A stretch of 63,720 nt of DNA, the filler included, from Octopus bimaculoides (taxonomy: Eukaryota), in NCBI RefSeq assembly GCF_001194135.2. It is 6 parts of 5 records of this genome, joined end to end, with 100 filler letters (N's around TTAATTAATTAA, not from the genome) between each part and the next. Parts side by side here need not be neighbours in the genome. Positions count along the whole stretch, not along the records: positions 9,010 to 27,060 come from NC_068985.1; 5 more parts are not named here. The stretch is one strand, 5' to 3'. The position numbers and the translations under genes were made by a program. Below, in pieces: positions 12,507 to 26,625 of this stretch. The notes beneath the pieces were generated by a model. It searched no databases, was not told the origin of the DNA, and was given only the letters and a program-made list of their open reading frames with translations. Position 1 is the first letter of the stretch; each line of letters begins with the position of its first letter.

Positions 12507-12611
12507 CATCATCACCACCACCATCATCATCATCATTTACAGCGGCTCTCTGGCAGTGTCTCTAACATGCCGGACAAAATGCTTTTCGGCATTTCTTTTG
12601 GCGATCTGACT

Positions 12612-12750
12612 TTAAATCCTGTGGAGGTCAACTCTGCCTTTCCTGATATTGAGATCGATGAAAAAAGAACCAGTTGGAAACTAGAGTCGATGTAATCTAA
12701 TTTCCCCATCCCTCAAAAACTGCTGGCCTTGTGTTAAAATTTCAAACCAT
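12612..12750 (+). mobile_element. Degenerate SINE family A-related fragment
   Basis: aaatcctgtggaggtcaactctgccttt..gatcgatgaaa..accagtt..gtcgatgtaatc..ggccttgtg resembles the family A body. Confidence 0.55.
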
Positions 12751-13129
12751 TACTATTGCTGTTTTTGTTGTTGTTTAACAGATGTACACTAACATACGTA
12801 TGTGTGTGTGTGTGTGTGTGCGTGTATATACACACACGTACGCACTCATATATCATAATCATCCTCATCATCATTATCATCATCATCATCATTATCAACA
12901 TCATCATCATTTTAACTTCTACTTTTAGTATTTGCATTGGTCACACAAAATTTGCTGAGGCAGATTTGCAGATTTCCTGTTACCGGATAGCGTTTCGGTC
13001 CCCGACCTCGCTAGTTTTCAGTTTTGAAGCAACGTATTATTTCCACATATTCAGACATGTTTTCAAGGACGCCGCTTATATGACAGTGATACTCTTTACA
13101 ACTAGCACGTGCTATGAAGACTTGGAGAC

Positions 13130-13300
13130 AGATATACACATGCACACGCGCACATACACTACTGGCTTCTTTCAATTTCCGTCTACCAAATCTCCGCACA
13201 AAGTTTTGTTCGACCCGGAGCTAATGTAGAAGATACTTGCCTCGCATGCCACGTAGTGGAACCGTACCCATGACCACATGATTGGATAGCGAACATCTTA
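13130..13300 (-). mobile_element. SINE family B 5' part, degenerate
   Basis: ggcttctttcaatttccgtctaccaaatc..gaagatacttgcc..gccacgtagtgga. Confidence 0.7.
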
Positions 13301-15292
13301 GCAGTACAGCCATAGGCTTTGTTCAATCATTGTTGCTATCTGCACTGAAAGGTGATTGGTCTTTTTTGTCCTTGGTCGACTGTATTGCAGAGACAGTAAC
13401 TTTACTTCTGTTGCGCCAGGGAAGTTTGCAGAAGCAAGTAAGTGCTTGACTCCGAGTACATTTTCCACTTTTCTACAAGTGGATACGTAATGAAGGAAAC
13501 ATAAGTCAATACGTTCGTAGCACTCACGGTGCTGCAGGGTATGCCGCATGTTGGTTAAATACAACCGTACATATCTGCCTTAGGCTCCTATTTCCGGTTT
13601 TCTGTTGGACTTTGTTCCTGTAGCCTTTTTATTAAAACTCACAATATAATACTTCAAAACAATGAGATTTATTGTTATAGTGGGCACGGTTTGTGCGGAG
13701 TCAGTCTCACTCTCTCGTCCTTGAAATTTGTATCTATACGGTGCAATAAGTACCATCCGCCTAGTAAATATCAAGATGCAGGGTTCGTGGAGCTAAAGAG
13801 CTGGAGAACCTTATCTACCTTGAGTTTGTCGAGGGTGTCTGTTAGTGTCCTTCTGGAGGCAGTTTCGTGCCATGCTAATTAACCCAAAGCTGGGACCATA
13901 ATAGCTGCTACTACACAGAGTCTGAACAAGCTTGGGAATAATAATGACTAAGAGATAGTTCCACACTCCTCAAAATTCTGGAACTCTCGAACCAGGGCCC
14001 CATTACAGGGCGCAGTTTAAAGTCGTATCTGGCTAAGTTAGAGTTTAGGTTTACTTGCTTAAAGTTGCATCCAAGAAAGCTATGTTGACAGCAGAACTAT
14101 ACACTTATACTCTCCTCTCCATTGTACTCATGAGTCTGTACTCTGTTTCCCTGATTTCTGTTTATCTGTAACGGAAATTTAGTTCCAAAGGCATATGCGA
14201 TTATCCTACATGTTCTCTACAACCTACATATTATGCTATTACAGACTTTACTGTTTCTCATTCCAACATAACTTTTTAATATCAACCCTCCTCCTGCTTT
14301 GATAACATCAGTGGGTACACTGAAATCACACAGTTTGGAGTAAAAAGAAAGTGGAATTTATGACGGAGCAAGAACTATTGATTCTATGCAGTCTTTTATC
14401 ACTGCTTATCTCTTCAATATTATTCTTGGTTTATTAAATCTCTGAATTTTAGCAGACACTTTTTGTTTTTCTTGCTTCTCTTGTTTATTTTATTGTCTTT
14501 TGTTTGTTTGTTTGTTTGTTTTATAATAAAAGAATTAAAATTATTGACGAGAGTTTTCAGGTCAGCAAAATCTGGACGAATATGCTGATTATTATCGATG
14601 ACCAATCAATAATTTGCTAATCTGGATAAATATGTTGATTATTATCATTGACCAATATTTTACTAATCAACTTAAAAGGCGTTCTCTAGTCAACAACCTT
14701 CTACAGCACATTTTCCCTCCCCACCAAAACATTGACTACTTTAAGCGGAAAAGTGTTGTGGGGTGGTGGTTTTAACCTTATCAGAAACGAGCCAAGATTA
14801 CGCTGTCTCATAAAATACACTTTCCGTTGAACCAAATTGATTTATATTGCACTCTTCTAGCCTGCTTTTGTCTTGAACTTCTTCAATTCGTTCACCTTCC
14901 ATTATATTGCAGTTACAACAACAATAACAATACTACAATTATTGCAAGTTGTATTTTCTCGAATCATTGCAATGTATGATGTCTTATCTTAATTTTCTGT
15001 GTTATTAAGTGGATGAGATTTAAATTCTTACCTCGAGTAGAATGCTAGTTTATTGAAGGTAATTTTTCTTACATGAAGAATTGAACTCGCCACTATAGAC
15101 TGACGGATCCGAACCCATGGTTTTATCCTCGAATCAACGATTGATGCTGGCAGTAGAAACATGGAAACGACTGGGGAGTTGGCATCAAATCGCTCAAACT
15201 TCTAAAAATAGTAGTTATGTCTCCCTTAAGTTACGCCCCATCTTTTTTTTTTTTTGCTTGAACGTTTTAAGATANNNNNNNNNNNNNNNNNN

Positions 15293-15409
15293 GTTCAGTC
15301 CCACTGCGTGGCACCTTGGGCAAGTGTCTTCTACTATAGCCTCGGGCCGACCAAAGCCTTGTGAGTGGATTTGGTAGACGGAAACTGAAAGAAGCCCGTC
15401 GTATATATG

Positions 15410-15442
<33 letters not shown>

Positions 15443-15670
15443 GTGTGTGTTTGTGTGTCTGTGTTTGTCCTCCCCCAACTTCGTTTGACAACCGATGCTG
15501 GTGTGTTTACGTCCCCGTAACTTAACGGTTCGGCAAAAAGAGACCGATAGAATAAGTACTAGGCTTACAAAGAATAAGTCCTGGGGTCGATTTTCTCGAC
15601 TAAAGGCGGTGCTCCAGCATGGCCACAGTCAAATGACTGAAACAAGTAAAAGAGTAAAAGAGTAAAGAGA
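15293..15670 (+). mobile_element. SINE family B, young copy
   Basis: gttcagtcccactgcgtggcaccttgggcaagtgtctt (CORE-like), internal (TA)n(TG)n, 3' tail ending in (TAAAAGAG)n repeats. Confidence 0.9.
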
Positions 15671-16289
15671 GAATTTTCACATCTGGAATGCTTTTGGTCA
15701 TTGGTCATCTGTTCGACCAAGGTGAAAATCTGGTCATCAGTTTTCGATCAAGGTTAATCAGGGGCTAAACAATAACAAAACAACAAAAATAACAATAACA
15801 GCTACAGCAACAACAGCAACAAGAACAACGTAACCGCTGTGAGAAGACACAAACAGTCGATCTCTCAGCCTGCTACCCGACACCTTAATGTCTCAGACAT
15901 CAATGTTTAGTTAATATGTTGATGCACCTCAGTAATATTTTACTGCATCTAACATTCCTGTTTGCTTTTTTCTTTACAGTACTGATATCATGTTTCATGT
16001 CTTTAATGCACTTGCCTAATTAATAGCGATCAAAATCAATGACTTATCTCTCTTTTTTCAGTTATCTTTAAATATTCGTTGACTTGTAAATTTTTTTTCA
16101 ATACTTTGATTTCTGTATAGTTTATATTTGATTGCCCTCTTCACCCCCTGGACCGTAGTTTTGAACTCTCTCTAGCAATCATCCACTAATACAATTTTAC
16201 ATCTTTTATATACATATACCATGATAGGATTCAATTTACCACTAACCAGTGGGAGGATTGTATAATTGATGAATGTAACATTATTCATC

Positions 16290-16483
16290 AATTATCCACC
16301 CATCCACCCATTTTATTTGCCCACTATTCCTGGGAGGGTCATGAGAATAGAAAACTCAAGCACCTCCTCCATAGGGCTCTGTAAGGAGTATCCGTCATCA
16401 CACTTTCCGGCTGGATTCCCTAGCGTGACCAAATGAGACAATGGATATTATCCAACCATCTCGTTCTTGGTCTACCCCTATTA
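16290..16483 (-). mobile_element. RTE-clade (Expander-like) LINE 3' end
   Basis: NRGRPRTRWLDNIHCLIWSR*GIQPE..RALWRRCL is the RTE ORF terminus, followed by a GGAT-type tail (atgggtggatgggtggat). Confidence 0.75.
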
Positions 16484-17768
16484 TTTTGAGTGACTTAATT
16501 GCATTTGAAGTTATGGTAGATAACTAAACTTAAACGCATTATCGTGTTCACTTTCAGCTTCTATATGTTGCGAGATCGAATCTCGCTGGAATTTTCAATG
16601 AATTAATATCGCCAGGGTTCGATAAGACCAGTACTATTAATGTACTGAGGTCGACATAATTGGTTCTGCTTATCCATTCATCTGTTGGTCTTGGTCTAAT
16701 CTTTCCACTGATCACTGGAATCAAATAAATCGAGTGTTATTTCTGGTTTCAGTCTAGCTTTAGTTAGGACGCCAGTTTAATGCAAGTAACTCACTCCATG
16801 AGAAAAAAATTGAACTCAAAAAAATACCAACGAAACATTTGTCACCTTTTCAGCGCTACTGTTCTGATACCTAATTTCAGTTAGGAGGCCTGAGCCGTTG
16901 TGAGTTAAGCGTTCTTTTGTGGTCATACCAAATTTACAACGACCAATGTCACTTGGTTGTAAATATTTGCAAATAGTAATCCCAGATTAGGAACGATTCA
17001 CGGATGTATGAGAGCAGTAGTATTGTAAGGCTGATCAGTGTCACTTCAGCCTGCTGTCCAGAGTCCAGCAACAAGTTTGATCAGTGTTCCATCCTAATAA
17101 AACCAATGGACTGACATTGCGAGTCCATTGCTCTACCGTTGCGATATCTCTAATATTGAGATTAATAGCATTGAGAATTCGTTTGCTAACTATACCTAAA
17201 TCGCTTAAAGTGGGTTTAATCAGCCTATATGGAACGCAGTAGTAAATTGAACTTGTGACCCTTAAGAGTAAGGTATGGATATTTTATTAATTTATATATT
17301 TTTTTTGCCTTCTGCTATATATTCGTTCAAAGTTCTTCCTTCTTTCACTATACGATTCTTCTCTCTTCATTTCCTTCTTTTATTCTGTTATATTTTATTT
17401 CCTTCTTCTTATTTTTCTTATTTCTCATTATATTGCTTTGTATTTTTCCATAAATTCGCTTATTCTTTCAACCTTTCAAAAACAGTTTTTTCTTCCTCTC
17501 TGGACCCATGTTATATTTCTATCGAGCAACAGTAGAATACTTTAAAAGCATCTTAATATATTTAAAGGTATATTTCAAAATTATTTACCAAACATACTTA
17601 GGATATTCCTCACCTCCTCATGCATTCATGTACATACATACATACATTTATACAAACAAACATACGCATACATATATACTTACACACACACACACACACA
17701 CACATGCACATACACATAGTAACATATTTGTGTACTCATATGTAGGGCTTCTGAATTTTGAAGATGGC

Positions 17769-17816
<48 letters not shown>

Positions 17817-18182
17817 ACACACACACACACTCTCTCTTTCTCTCTCTCTCTCTCACTCACATAACATATATGTATGTATATTAATGTTTGTATGTATATG
17901 TGTGTGTGTGTATATATGTGTGTATTATATTGGTATATATATATATATATATATATATGTGTATGTATATCTGTATGCATGTATGTATATGTATGCATGT
18001 GTGTGTGTGTGTGTATATATATAAGATATATATATATATAAGGTATATATATATATATGTATATATATGGACACGCACACACACATATATNNNNNNNNNN
18101 NNNNNNNNNNNNNNNNNNNNNNNNNNNNNNNNNNNNNNNNNNNNNNNNNNNNNNNNNNNNNNNNNNNNNNNNNNNNNNNNNN

Positions 18183-18240
<58 letters not shown>

Positions 18241-18860
18241 GAAATACATTTACGTATACATATGTAACGTGCGTGCATTCATACAACAAATCAAATATGG
18301 CTGCACTTAATCTCCATTCAGTTTCGCCATCGCAACCACCATATGGCCATTACCACTAACACACTCTCCTACCATACTCATCGCAGCAAACAACAACTAC
18401 AACAATATTGTTTCCATCAATTTACAAGTAGGTTTAAAATACAAATTCCACTTAAGATGACTTAATAAACAGGATTTGAAAGAATTCCAAAATTTATATA
18501 CATATCGTCACACTGGTTAGATTTTAAAATTTGGTAAAATACCATTTATAAGGTCTCTTTTAAGTATACAAAATATATGTGTACACATGCATTTATATAT
18601 GTATACATATGTATGTGTCTCTGTGTGCATGCATATATTTATACACACACACATACATACATACATGCATACATACATACATATGCATATTAGCATATTC
18701 GTGCGTAAATAGCGTTTCACGCCATTATGATATCAATAGCCGTTCTCACTCATTCACTCACTCACTAACTGACTCACTTTCTCCTTTATTTCTCTATAAT
18801 TTTTATGCATATTGCGCACATATATATACATATGTGTATGCATTATATATGCATACAATA

Positions 18861-18900
<40 letters not shown>

Positions 18901-19077
18901 GACACATTTTGGCCTGCTCGGGTAGCTATCGGGGTGGCAAAATACGATAACTAAAGCAATGTGAGGAAGTACGTTGTGATCAACTGTGTGTAACAACGTC
19001 CAATAGTCTGGTGTATGTAGTGATATATATATATATATATAATATATACAGATATGTGCATATATACAGATCTATCA

Positions 19078-19113
<36 letters not shown>

Positions 19114-19136
19114 CTCTTTCTCTCTAAATATATATA

Positions 19137-19172
<36 letters not shown>

Positions 19173-19204
19173 TGTGAGTGTGTGTGTGTGTGTCTGTCTT
19201 TATG

Positions 19205-19420
19205 TGTGTGTTTGTCACCCCATCACCCCTTGACAACCAGTTTTGGTGTATTTAAGGTCCCACGTAAGCTAGCGGTTCGGCGAAAGAGACCGATTAAAAT
19301 AAGTACCAGGCTTATAAAACTAAGTCCTGGTGTCGATTTGTTCGACTAATAAAACCCACTTCAAGGCAGTGCTCCAGCATGGCCGCAGTCAAGTAATTGA
19401 AACAGATAAAAAAAATAAAA
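19205..19420 (+). mobile_element. SINE family B 3' half
   Basis: (TG)n followed by ttgacaacc..gcggttcggc..gtcgatttgttcgac..gtgctccagcatggccgcagtc. Confidence 0.8.
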
Positions 19421-19443
19421 GAATATACTCGTATATATACAAG

Positions 19444-19790
19444 GGATCAAAAAGTCATGTTGATTCTATGGAAGACATTTGTTCTGAGCCGCCTAGACTA
19501 TTGCTCTCAGTTGTGGTCACCACACAGTGTTAAGCGGACAGCAGAACTCGAGGCAATTCAGCGGCACTATACAAAAAAGATCGCCACAGTCCAACAGATG
19601 AACTACAGGGAGCGACTGAAGGCACTAGGTCTCTACTCCCTGGAGCGCAGGCGGGAGAGGTATGTAATAATATACATATGGAAAATACTGGAAGGACTGG
19701 TGCCAAACTTTGGTATCAAGTACTACAGGAATGCCCGCACGGGTCGCCACTGCATGGTGCCAAAGGTACCGTCCACTGCATCTCACATAA
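19444..19790 (+). mobile_element. 5'-truncated CR1/L2-group LINE ORF2 C-terminal fragment (runs into gap)
   Basis: Open frame SRLDYCSQLWSP..LEAIQRHYTKKI..YRERLKALGLYSLERRRERYVIIYIWKILEGLVPN, the post-RT region of CR1-group LINEs. Confidence 0.88.
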
Positions 19791-20623
19791 NNNNNNNNNN
19801 NNNNNNNNNNNNNNNNNNNNNNNNNNNNNNNNNNNNNNNNNNNNNNNNNNNNNNNNNNNNNNNNNNNNNNNNNNNNNNNNNNNNNNNNNNNNNNNNNNNN
19901 NNNNNNNNNNNNNNNNNNNNNNNNNNNNNNNNNNNNNNNNNNNNNNNNNNNNNNNNNNNNNNNNNNNNNNNNNNNNNNNNNNNNNNNNNNNNNNNNNNNN
20001 NNNNNNNNNNNNNNNNNNNNNNNNNNNNNNNNNNNNNNNNNNNNNNNNNNNNNNNNNNNNNNNNNNNNNNNNNNNNNNNNNNNNNNNNNNNNNNNNNNNN
20101 NNNNNNNNNNNNNNNNNNNNNNNNNNNNNNNNNNNNNNNNNNNNNNNNNNNNNNNNNNNNNNNNNNNNNNNNNNNNNNNNNNNNNNNNNNNNNNNNNNNN
20201 NNNNNNNNNNNNNNNNNNNNNNNNNNNNNNNNNNNNNNNNNNNNNNNNNNNNNNNNNNNNNNNNNNNNNNNNNNNNNNNNNNNNNNNNNNNNNNNNNNNN
20301 NNNNNNNNNNNNNNNNNNNNNNNNNNNNNNNNNNNNNNNNNNNNNNNNNNNNNNNNNNNNNNNNNNNNNNNNNNNNNNNNNNNNNNNNNNNNNNNNNNNN
20401 NNNNNNNNNNNNNNNNNNNNNNNNNNNNNNNNNNNNNNNNNNNNNNNNNNNNNNNNNNNNNNNNNNNNNNNNNNNNNNNNNNNNNNNNNNNNNNNNNNNN
20501 NNNNNNNNNNNNNNNNNNNNNNNNNNNNNNNNNNNNNNNNNNNNNNNNNNNNNNNNNNNNNNNNNNNNNNNNNNNNNNNNNNNNNNNNNNNNNNNNNNNN
20601 NNNNNNNNNNNNNNNNNNNNNNN

Positions 20624-20657
<34 letters not shown>

Positions 20658-21080
20658 AGAGAGAGAGAGAGAGAGAGAAAGTATAATTGGTGGTTTCAGA
20701 ACTCATTCGACGATAAGAATATACTCGTTCGATCAACTGAATTACTTGCACCTGAATTAACCTGTAAGTGGCTGAGTATTCTACAGACACACGTACCTTT
20801 AATTCTTAAGCAGAGTCAACGTGGTATAGTGTTTTTACAAGGCTGTATCCTTTGGTTCAGGGGTACAATCCATTCGTTAAGCGTACCTTGTTCCCCTCAC
20901 AAAATATAGAGCATCCAAAGGCCATAGCGAATGACATTTGTTTCGTCTGGATTAATACTTTATTCATCGACTCCGAAAGATTGCAAGTCACAGATAACTT
21001 TTGCAGGACTTGAACTCTGAACGCCGAGAGCCGAAACAAATACCGCTTGGTAATCTATTTGACAAATAACTCAGAATTCA

Positions 21081-21146
<66 letters not shown>

Positions 21147-21408
21147 TATAGATATATGTAGATATATGTATGTGTGTATGTGTGTCTGTGTGTATGTATG
21201 CATGTGTATATATATATATATATGTGTGTATATTCATATATATGTATGTATATATGTATATATACATGTGTGTGTATATATATATATATATATATCCCCA
21301 CCATTTACTGACTTATATGCATATATATATATACATAGATATATTTGATATATATATGCATGTGCTTATATGTGTGTATATACACATGCATGTACATATG
21401 CATATATA

Positions 21409-21456
<48 letters not shown>

Positions 21457-21779
21457 NNNNNNNNNNNNNNNNNNNNNNNNNNNNNNNNNNNNNNNNNNNN
21501 NNNNNNNNNNNNNNNNNNNNNNNNNNNNNNNNNNNNNNNNNNNNNNNNNNNNNNNNNNNNNNNNNNNNNNNNNNNNNNNNNNNNNNNNNNNNNNNNNNNN
21601 NNNNNNNNNNNNNNNNNNNNNNNNNNNNNNNNNNNNNNNNNNNNNNNNNNNNNNNNNNNNNNNNNNNNNNNNNNNNNNNNNNNNNNNNNNNNNNNNNNNN
21701 NNNNNNNNNNNNNNNNNNNNNNNNNNNNNNNNNNNNNNNNNNNNNNNNNNNNNNNNNNNNNNNNNNNNNNNNNNNNNNN

Positions 21780-21844
<65 letters not shown>

Positions 21845-22555
21845 TCACACACACACACACACTAATACACACTCACTCACACAAAGACACACGCACACGT
21901 ACAGATATACACATTTATATAACATTGCCCATAATTGCGGTTTAGCTGTTTCCCTGACTTATCAAATCTCCGATAAATCACAATTTTTGTCACCTTTGTT
22001 ATCTCTGTTATTATTCAGCTGATTAATAATGAAATTATCGAAAACTGTAGAAATTGTTTAGAGTGTCAATCATCGGCGCCAGGATTATGTCTGTAACGGT
22101 CACGTGAGTGACAGAAGATTAAGAAACAATTTGCCGACATTGAGCATCGAATCTGTTTAAAGGCAGCCATAAGTAACGATCAATATAAAGGAAACGGAAA
22201 CGCGCTTTATCAATATGTGTATACACACAGTGAGTAGGAACGAAGTGGTCTTATTTAACAGGGAGATAATACGCAGTTGTAATAATTTGAGGTTTTAGCC
22301 TGGCTTTGTATATGCATGCATGTGTGTGTGTGTGTGTGTGAGATCCAGTTGATTTAAGCTGTCATTTTTCCGACACAAAGCCGATTCGTCAGGCGGACAC
22401 CTGTACAGTATGGGAACTCCAGAGTAACAGGCAACTGGATCAGTCTATATGTATAATAGTTTAATAATTTGTCCATATGATATTGAGTACTTTTCTCCAC
22501 GCTCGTCAACACAAGCTGGTAAATATCTCTTATCTTTTTTATTTTTTCTGTTCTA

Positions 22556-22760
22556 GTCATTAGACTGCGGCCAGGCTGGGGCACGGCCTTGAAGAGTTTT
22601 AGTCGAATGAATCGGCACCTGTACTTCTTTTTTTAAAGCCTGGTACTTATTCTATCGGTTCCTTTTTGCCGAACTGCTAGGTAAACAAACCAACACCGCT
22701 TGTCAAGCAGTGGTGGGGGACAAACACTGACAGAAAACTCAGACACAAACAGACAAAAAC
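22556..22760 (-). mobile_element. SINE family B 3' half
   Basis: tagtcattagactgcggccaggctgggg..tacttattctatcggt..cgcttgtcaagc. Confidence 0.75.
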
Positions 22761-23067
22761 ACTGATAGATATCATATCTGTCCAGAGTTGCCTCTCTTAG
22801 GTATTTCTCATTGATAACGGCAAAGGAGCGAAAAACATTGATGACTGGAAGTCCTGATAGAAGGCGACAGTGGGCAGATATGGTCTTTTTAAACCTTTTT
22901 ACCATAAGAGAAAAATTTTCTCCATGGTAACTACAGTGAATTTGCTTTTCTAGCAGTTGAAATACGTCACATATTTTAATTACCTTAAACTTCGCTTATA
23001 CATACATGCATACATACATACATACATACATACATACATACATACATACCTACATACATATATATAC

Positions 23068-23100
<33 letters not shown>

Positions 23101-23489
23101 TATANNNNNNNNNNNNNNNNNNNNNNNNNNNNNNNNNNNNNNNNNNNNNNNNNNNNNNNNNNNNNNNNNNNNNNNNNNNNNNNNNNNNNNNNNNNNNNNN
23201 NNNNNNNNNNNNNNNNNNNNNNNNNNNNNNNNNNNNNNNNNNNNNNNNNNNNNNNNNNNNNNNNNNNNNNNNNNNNNNNNNNNNNNNNNNNNNNNNNNNN
23301 TATATATACGTAGGTATGTATGTATGCCTTACTTTTCTGATTCTACAGAACGTTAGATTTTTGTATATTTTGTCTTTCTTACCTTTTCTTTTTCTTTGTT
23401 TGCTTTTTTAACTTTCTCTCTGATAATTTCTGCACAGGTACGGCTGTGCAATTACGAATCTCGCTTTGAAACATTTGGTTTCGAGTTTA

Positions 23490-23815
23490 GGCGTCTGCGC
23501 GGCACCTTGTGCAATTGTCTGCTACTATATCCTCAGGCCGAGTGGATTTGGTAGGCGGAAACCATGCAGAAATCCGTGGTCTTTCTCTCTCTCCTTCTCC
23601 CCCTCTCTTTCCTTCTCCATCTTTCTCTCTCTCTATCTATGTGAGTGTTTGTCCCCACCTCTGCTGATAGCTGGTGTTAGTTTATTTACGTCTCCTTAAC
23701 TCAGTGGTAGTGGAAGTACTAGGCTTGAAAAAATATGAAGTAGCGTCAATTTATTCGACAAAACCTGTCGACGCGGTCTCCCAGCATGGCCGCAGTCCAA
23801 TGAAACAAGTAAACG
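23490..23815 (+). mobile_element. SINE family B, degenerate; internal microsatellite is (CT)-rich
   Basis: ggcaccttgtgcaattgtc..gtggatttggtaggcggaaac..cccagcatggccgcagtccaatgaaacaagtaaa. Confidence 0.7.
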
Positions 23816-24278
23816 AAATGTAGAACTGCCATCTCTTCACTGTTTGTTCTATTGTACGCTTATTTTCTTTGTCATTTCGCAATTTTAACACTTAATTCAA
23901 AATCAGAGTCTTGTGAAAGGGGAATCCAGTTTATGCTGTATCAGTCTGCATGTAAACCTACGTAGTAAACACACAAATATGCCAAATATACCTATTTTTC
24001 CGTAGATTGAAACAGTGCCGAACAGACAATCGATTTTCGAATCTTATTGAGTTCTCATCAGTGTATGTGTTTCTGCGTATATATCTATGTACATATATGT
24101 GTATGTTTGCATGTATAAAGATAAATATGTGTACACACTCACACGCACACAAACATACAAATGTGAACTTCGTAATGAAGAAAAGGGTGCTGTACATATA
24201 TATATAATAACTTCGTTCGGTTTTCCTTAGAAACATATGTAGTACATATTTATCTACTCCATTCCTTACAGCCAATGA

Positions 24279-24900
24279 CACTGTACAACAATGATTTTGT
24301 TACAGAGAAGAGATCATAATTTTCTTGAACAGTTTTTACCATAGATTACGAAAACGAACTCCGTTTTTCATGAAATGACTCCAGTGTTTCGTAACGTGGC
24401 CCGTCACTAAACGGTATGTTTTTGCTAGAAAGTGGGTCGTTTTCTGTGAGAATAACATTTTTTTCCTAGAATTAAAGCGTGTTTTCTGCAAAATGGGCAG
24501 TTATTAATAGTAAATACGTTATTTGCGTCTTTTACTAAAGGAAGAACATCTATTTTTTAGTACAATAATTATGTTTCTTTCTATGTATAGCATCAGGTCT
24601 ACCTCTCTGAAGAAACCAGCAAAAATCAGCAAGCATGGCAGGACTTCACTTCCTCTTATATCGAGTTTCCATTTGATTTATGTCTTGGTGGAATCTCTCA
24701 CCCTGTTCGTCGCTGACATCTGCTGCATTCTGAGGAAATAAAGCTAGATGCGAATGCAAATAGTGAACTTTTAACGACATATTACACCCTAATGATTTGT
24801 ACGAATCCGTCAACTTTTCTACAAGTACTTCATATATTAAAAAAATCTAAACGTGTACATTATGTTTGTCAAGAAAGCAATGTAAAACAACTTACCACTA
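24279..24900 (-). mobile_element. Chapaev3-like (CMC/EnSpm group) DNA transposon: transposase C-terminus plus one terminus
   Basis: Minus strand reads YKSLGCNMSLKVHYLHSHLALFPQNAADVSDEQGERFHQDINQMETRYKRK*SPAMLADFCW. A candidate terminus CACTGTACAAC starts at 24279. The superfamily call is from recalled motifs. Confidence 0.75.
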
Positions 24901-25293
24901 CGCATACCATGATAATATCCTCTATATACTGCTCACTTCAAGTTGCCGCTTCGATTTATTGAACAAAAAATGAGGCACCGAAGAGGAAAATGAGTTATGT
25001 TTGTAGTTACTAACCTTTACGTTCAAGATTCTAATACCGTCGTCTGCCAGCCTAAGGTCATAGACAATACCACCAAGGAGCCACTGTTTCCACTTCTGAG
25101 GATTCCAGTGCACAAAAGACAAAAGTCAGACTATTAGTCCGAAAACGACAGACAAGTTAAAGCACAAAGTAAAAATGGCTGCCATTATCCCATAAGAATA
25201 AAAAGATAAAAAAATATTTGGTGGATAACCGCTGTCCAAATAACCCAAGCAAATATTTCAGTCAATAATTCAATGGGTCCAAGTTATAACAGT

Positions 25294-25382
25294 CACGCTT
25301 TTCGGGAAATTAACTGCCAGGATTACATAACTACTTTATGAGATATTTCATAATCTTATTAATTCAACTTCTCAGTGTTTAA
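25294..25382. repeat. 89-bp direct repeat, copy 1
   Basis: Near-identical to 26626-26714 (few mismatches). Confidence 0.9.
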
Positions 25383-26311
25383 TAATATCACCTTAGGTGT
25401 TAAGTTACCTCATAATCACGCAGTTCCGGTTTCCATCTCATTGCGTGTTATCCCGGACAAATGTCTATTATTATAGCCCTGAATGGACCCAAGGTACGTG
25501 AGTGGGACAGGGTAGACGGAAACTGTAAGGAAGCACATTCGATTGGATTATTCCTATGACTTAAAAATCTAGCATTGTAATGTTCTGTCACGCATATATA
25601 TGTGTATCACGACAGAACGCACGCGTTGACCTTTATACAGTAAGTTATATATATATATATNNNNNNNNNNNNNNNNNNNNNNNNNNNNNNNNNNNNNNNN
25701 NNNNNNNNNNNNNNNNNNNNNNNNNNNNNNNNNNNNNNNNNNNNNNNNNNNNNNNNNNNNNNNNNNNNNNNNNNNNNNNNNNNNNNNNNNNNNNNNNNNN
25801 NNNNNNNNNNNNNNNNNNNNNNNNNNNNNNNNNNNNNNNNNNNNNNNNNNNNNNNNNNNNNNNNNNNNNNNNNNNNNNNNNNNNNNNNNNNNNNNNNNNN
25901 NNNNNNNNNNNNNNNNNNNNNNNNNNNNNNNNNNNNNNNNNNNNNNNNNNNNNNNNNNNNNNNNNNNNNNNNNNNNNNNNNNNNNNNNNNNNNNNNNNNN
26001 NNNNNNNNNNNNNNNNNNNNNNNNNNNNNNNNNNNNNNNNNNNNNNNNNNNNNNNNNNNNNNNNNNNNNNNNNNNNNNNNNNNNNNNNNNNNNNNNNNNN
26101 NNNNNNNNNNNNNNNNNNNNNNNNNNNNTATATATATATATGTATGTACGTATGTATGTATGTGTGTGTGTGTAGGGCTCTATCTATCTATCTATCTCTA
26201 TAAATATTCTATTAATATCTAACAGAAGTAACAGAGTGACTCAAGGGCCGAGAGTTGCCAACTCATGAAGCTCTCGGTCTTTGAGTTACTTTGTTGCTTC
26301 TGCTAAATATT

Positions 26312-26523
26312 GTTTTCTACTCTAGGCACAAGGCCCGAAATTTTTGGGGAGTGGGGCAGTCGATTAGATCGACCCCAGTACGCAACTAGTACTTAATTTA
26401 TCGACCCCGAAAGGATGAAAGGCAAAGTGGACTTCGGCGGAATTTGAACTCAGAACGTAAAGACAGATGAAATACCGCTAAGCATTTCGCCAGGCGTGCT
26501 AACGATTCTGCCAGCTTGCCGGC
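26312..26523 (-). mobile_element. SINE family A, near-intact
   Basis: Perfect 18-bp TSD ttgcttctgctaaatatt at 26294-26311 and 26524-26541. Confidence 0.92.
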
Positions 26524-26625
26524 TTGCTTCTGCTAAATATTATTCTGTTTGCATCACCATACCTATATATATAGTATTAACAAAATATAGAAAACATATA
26601 TGGTATCTTCTGCCTTATAAACATA

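Noticed and set aside
22098-22112. GTCACGTGAGTGAC E-box-like palindrome
   Set aside because: A single short motif with no gene context; expected by chance.
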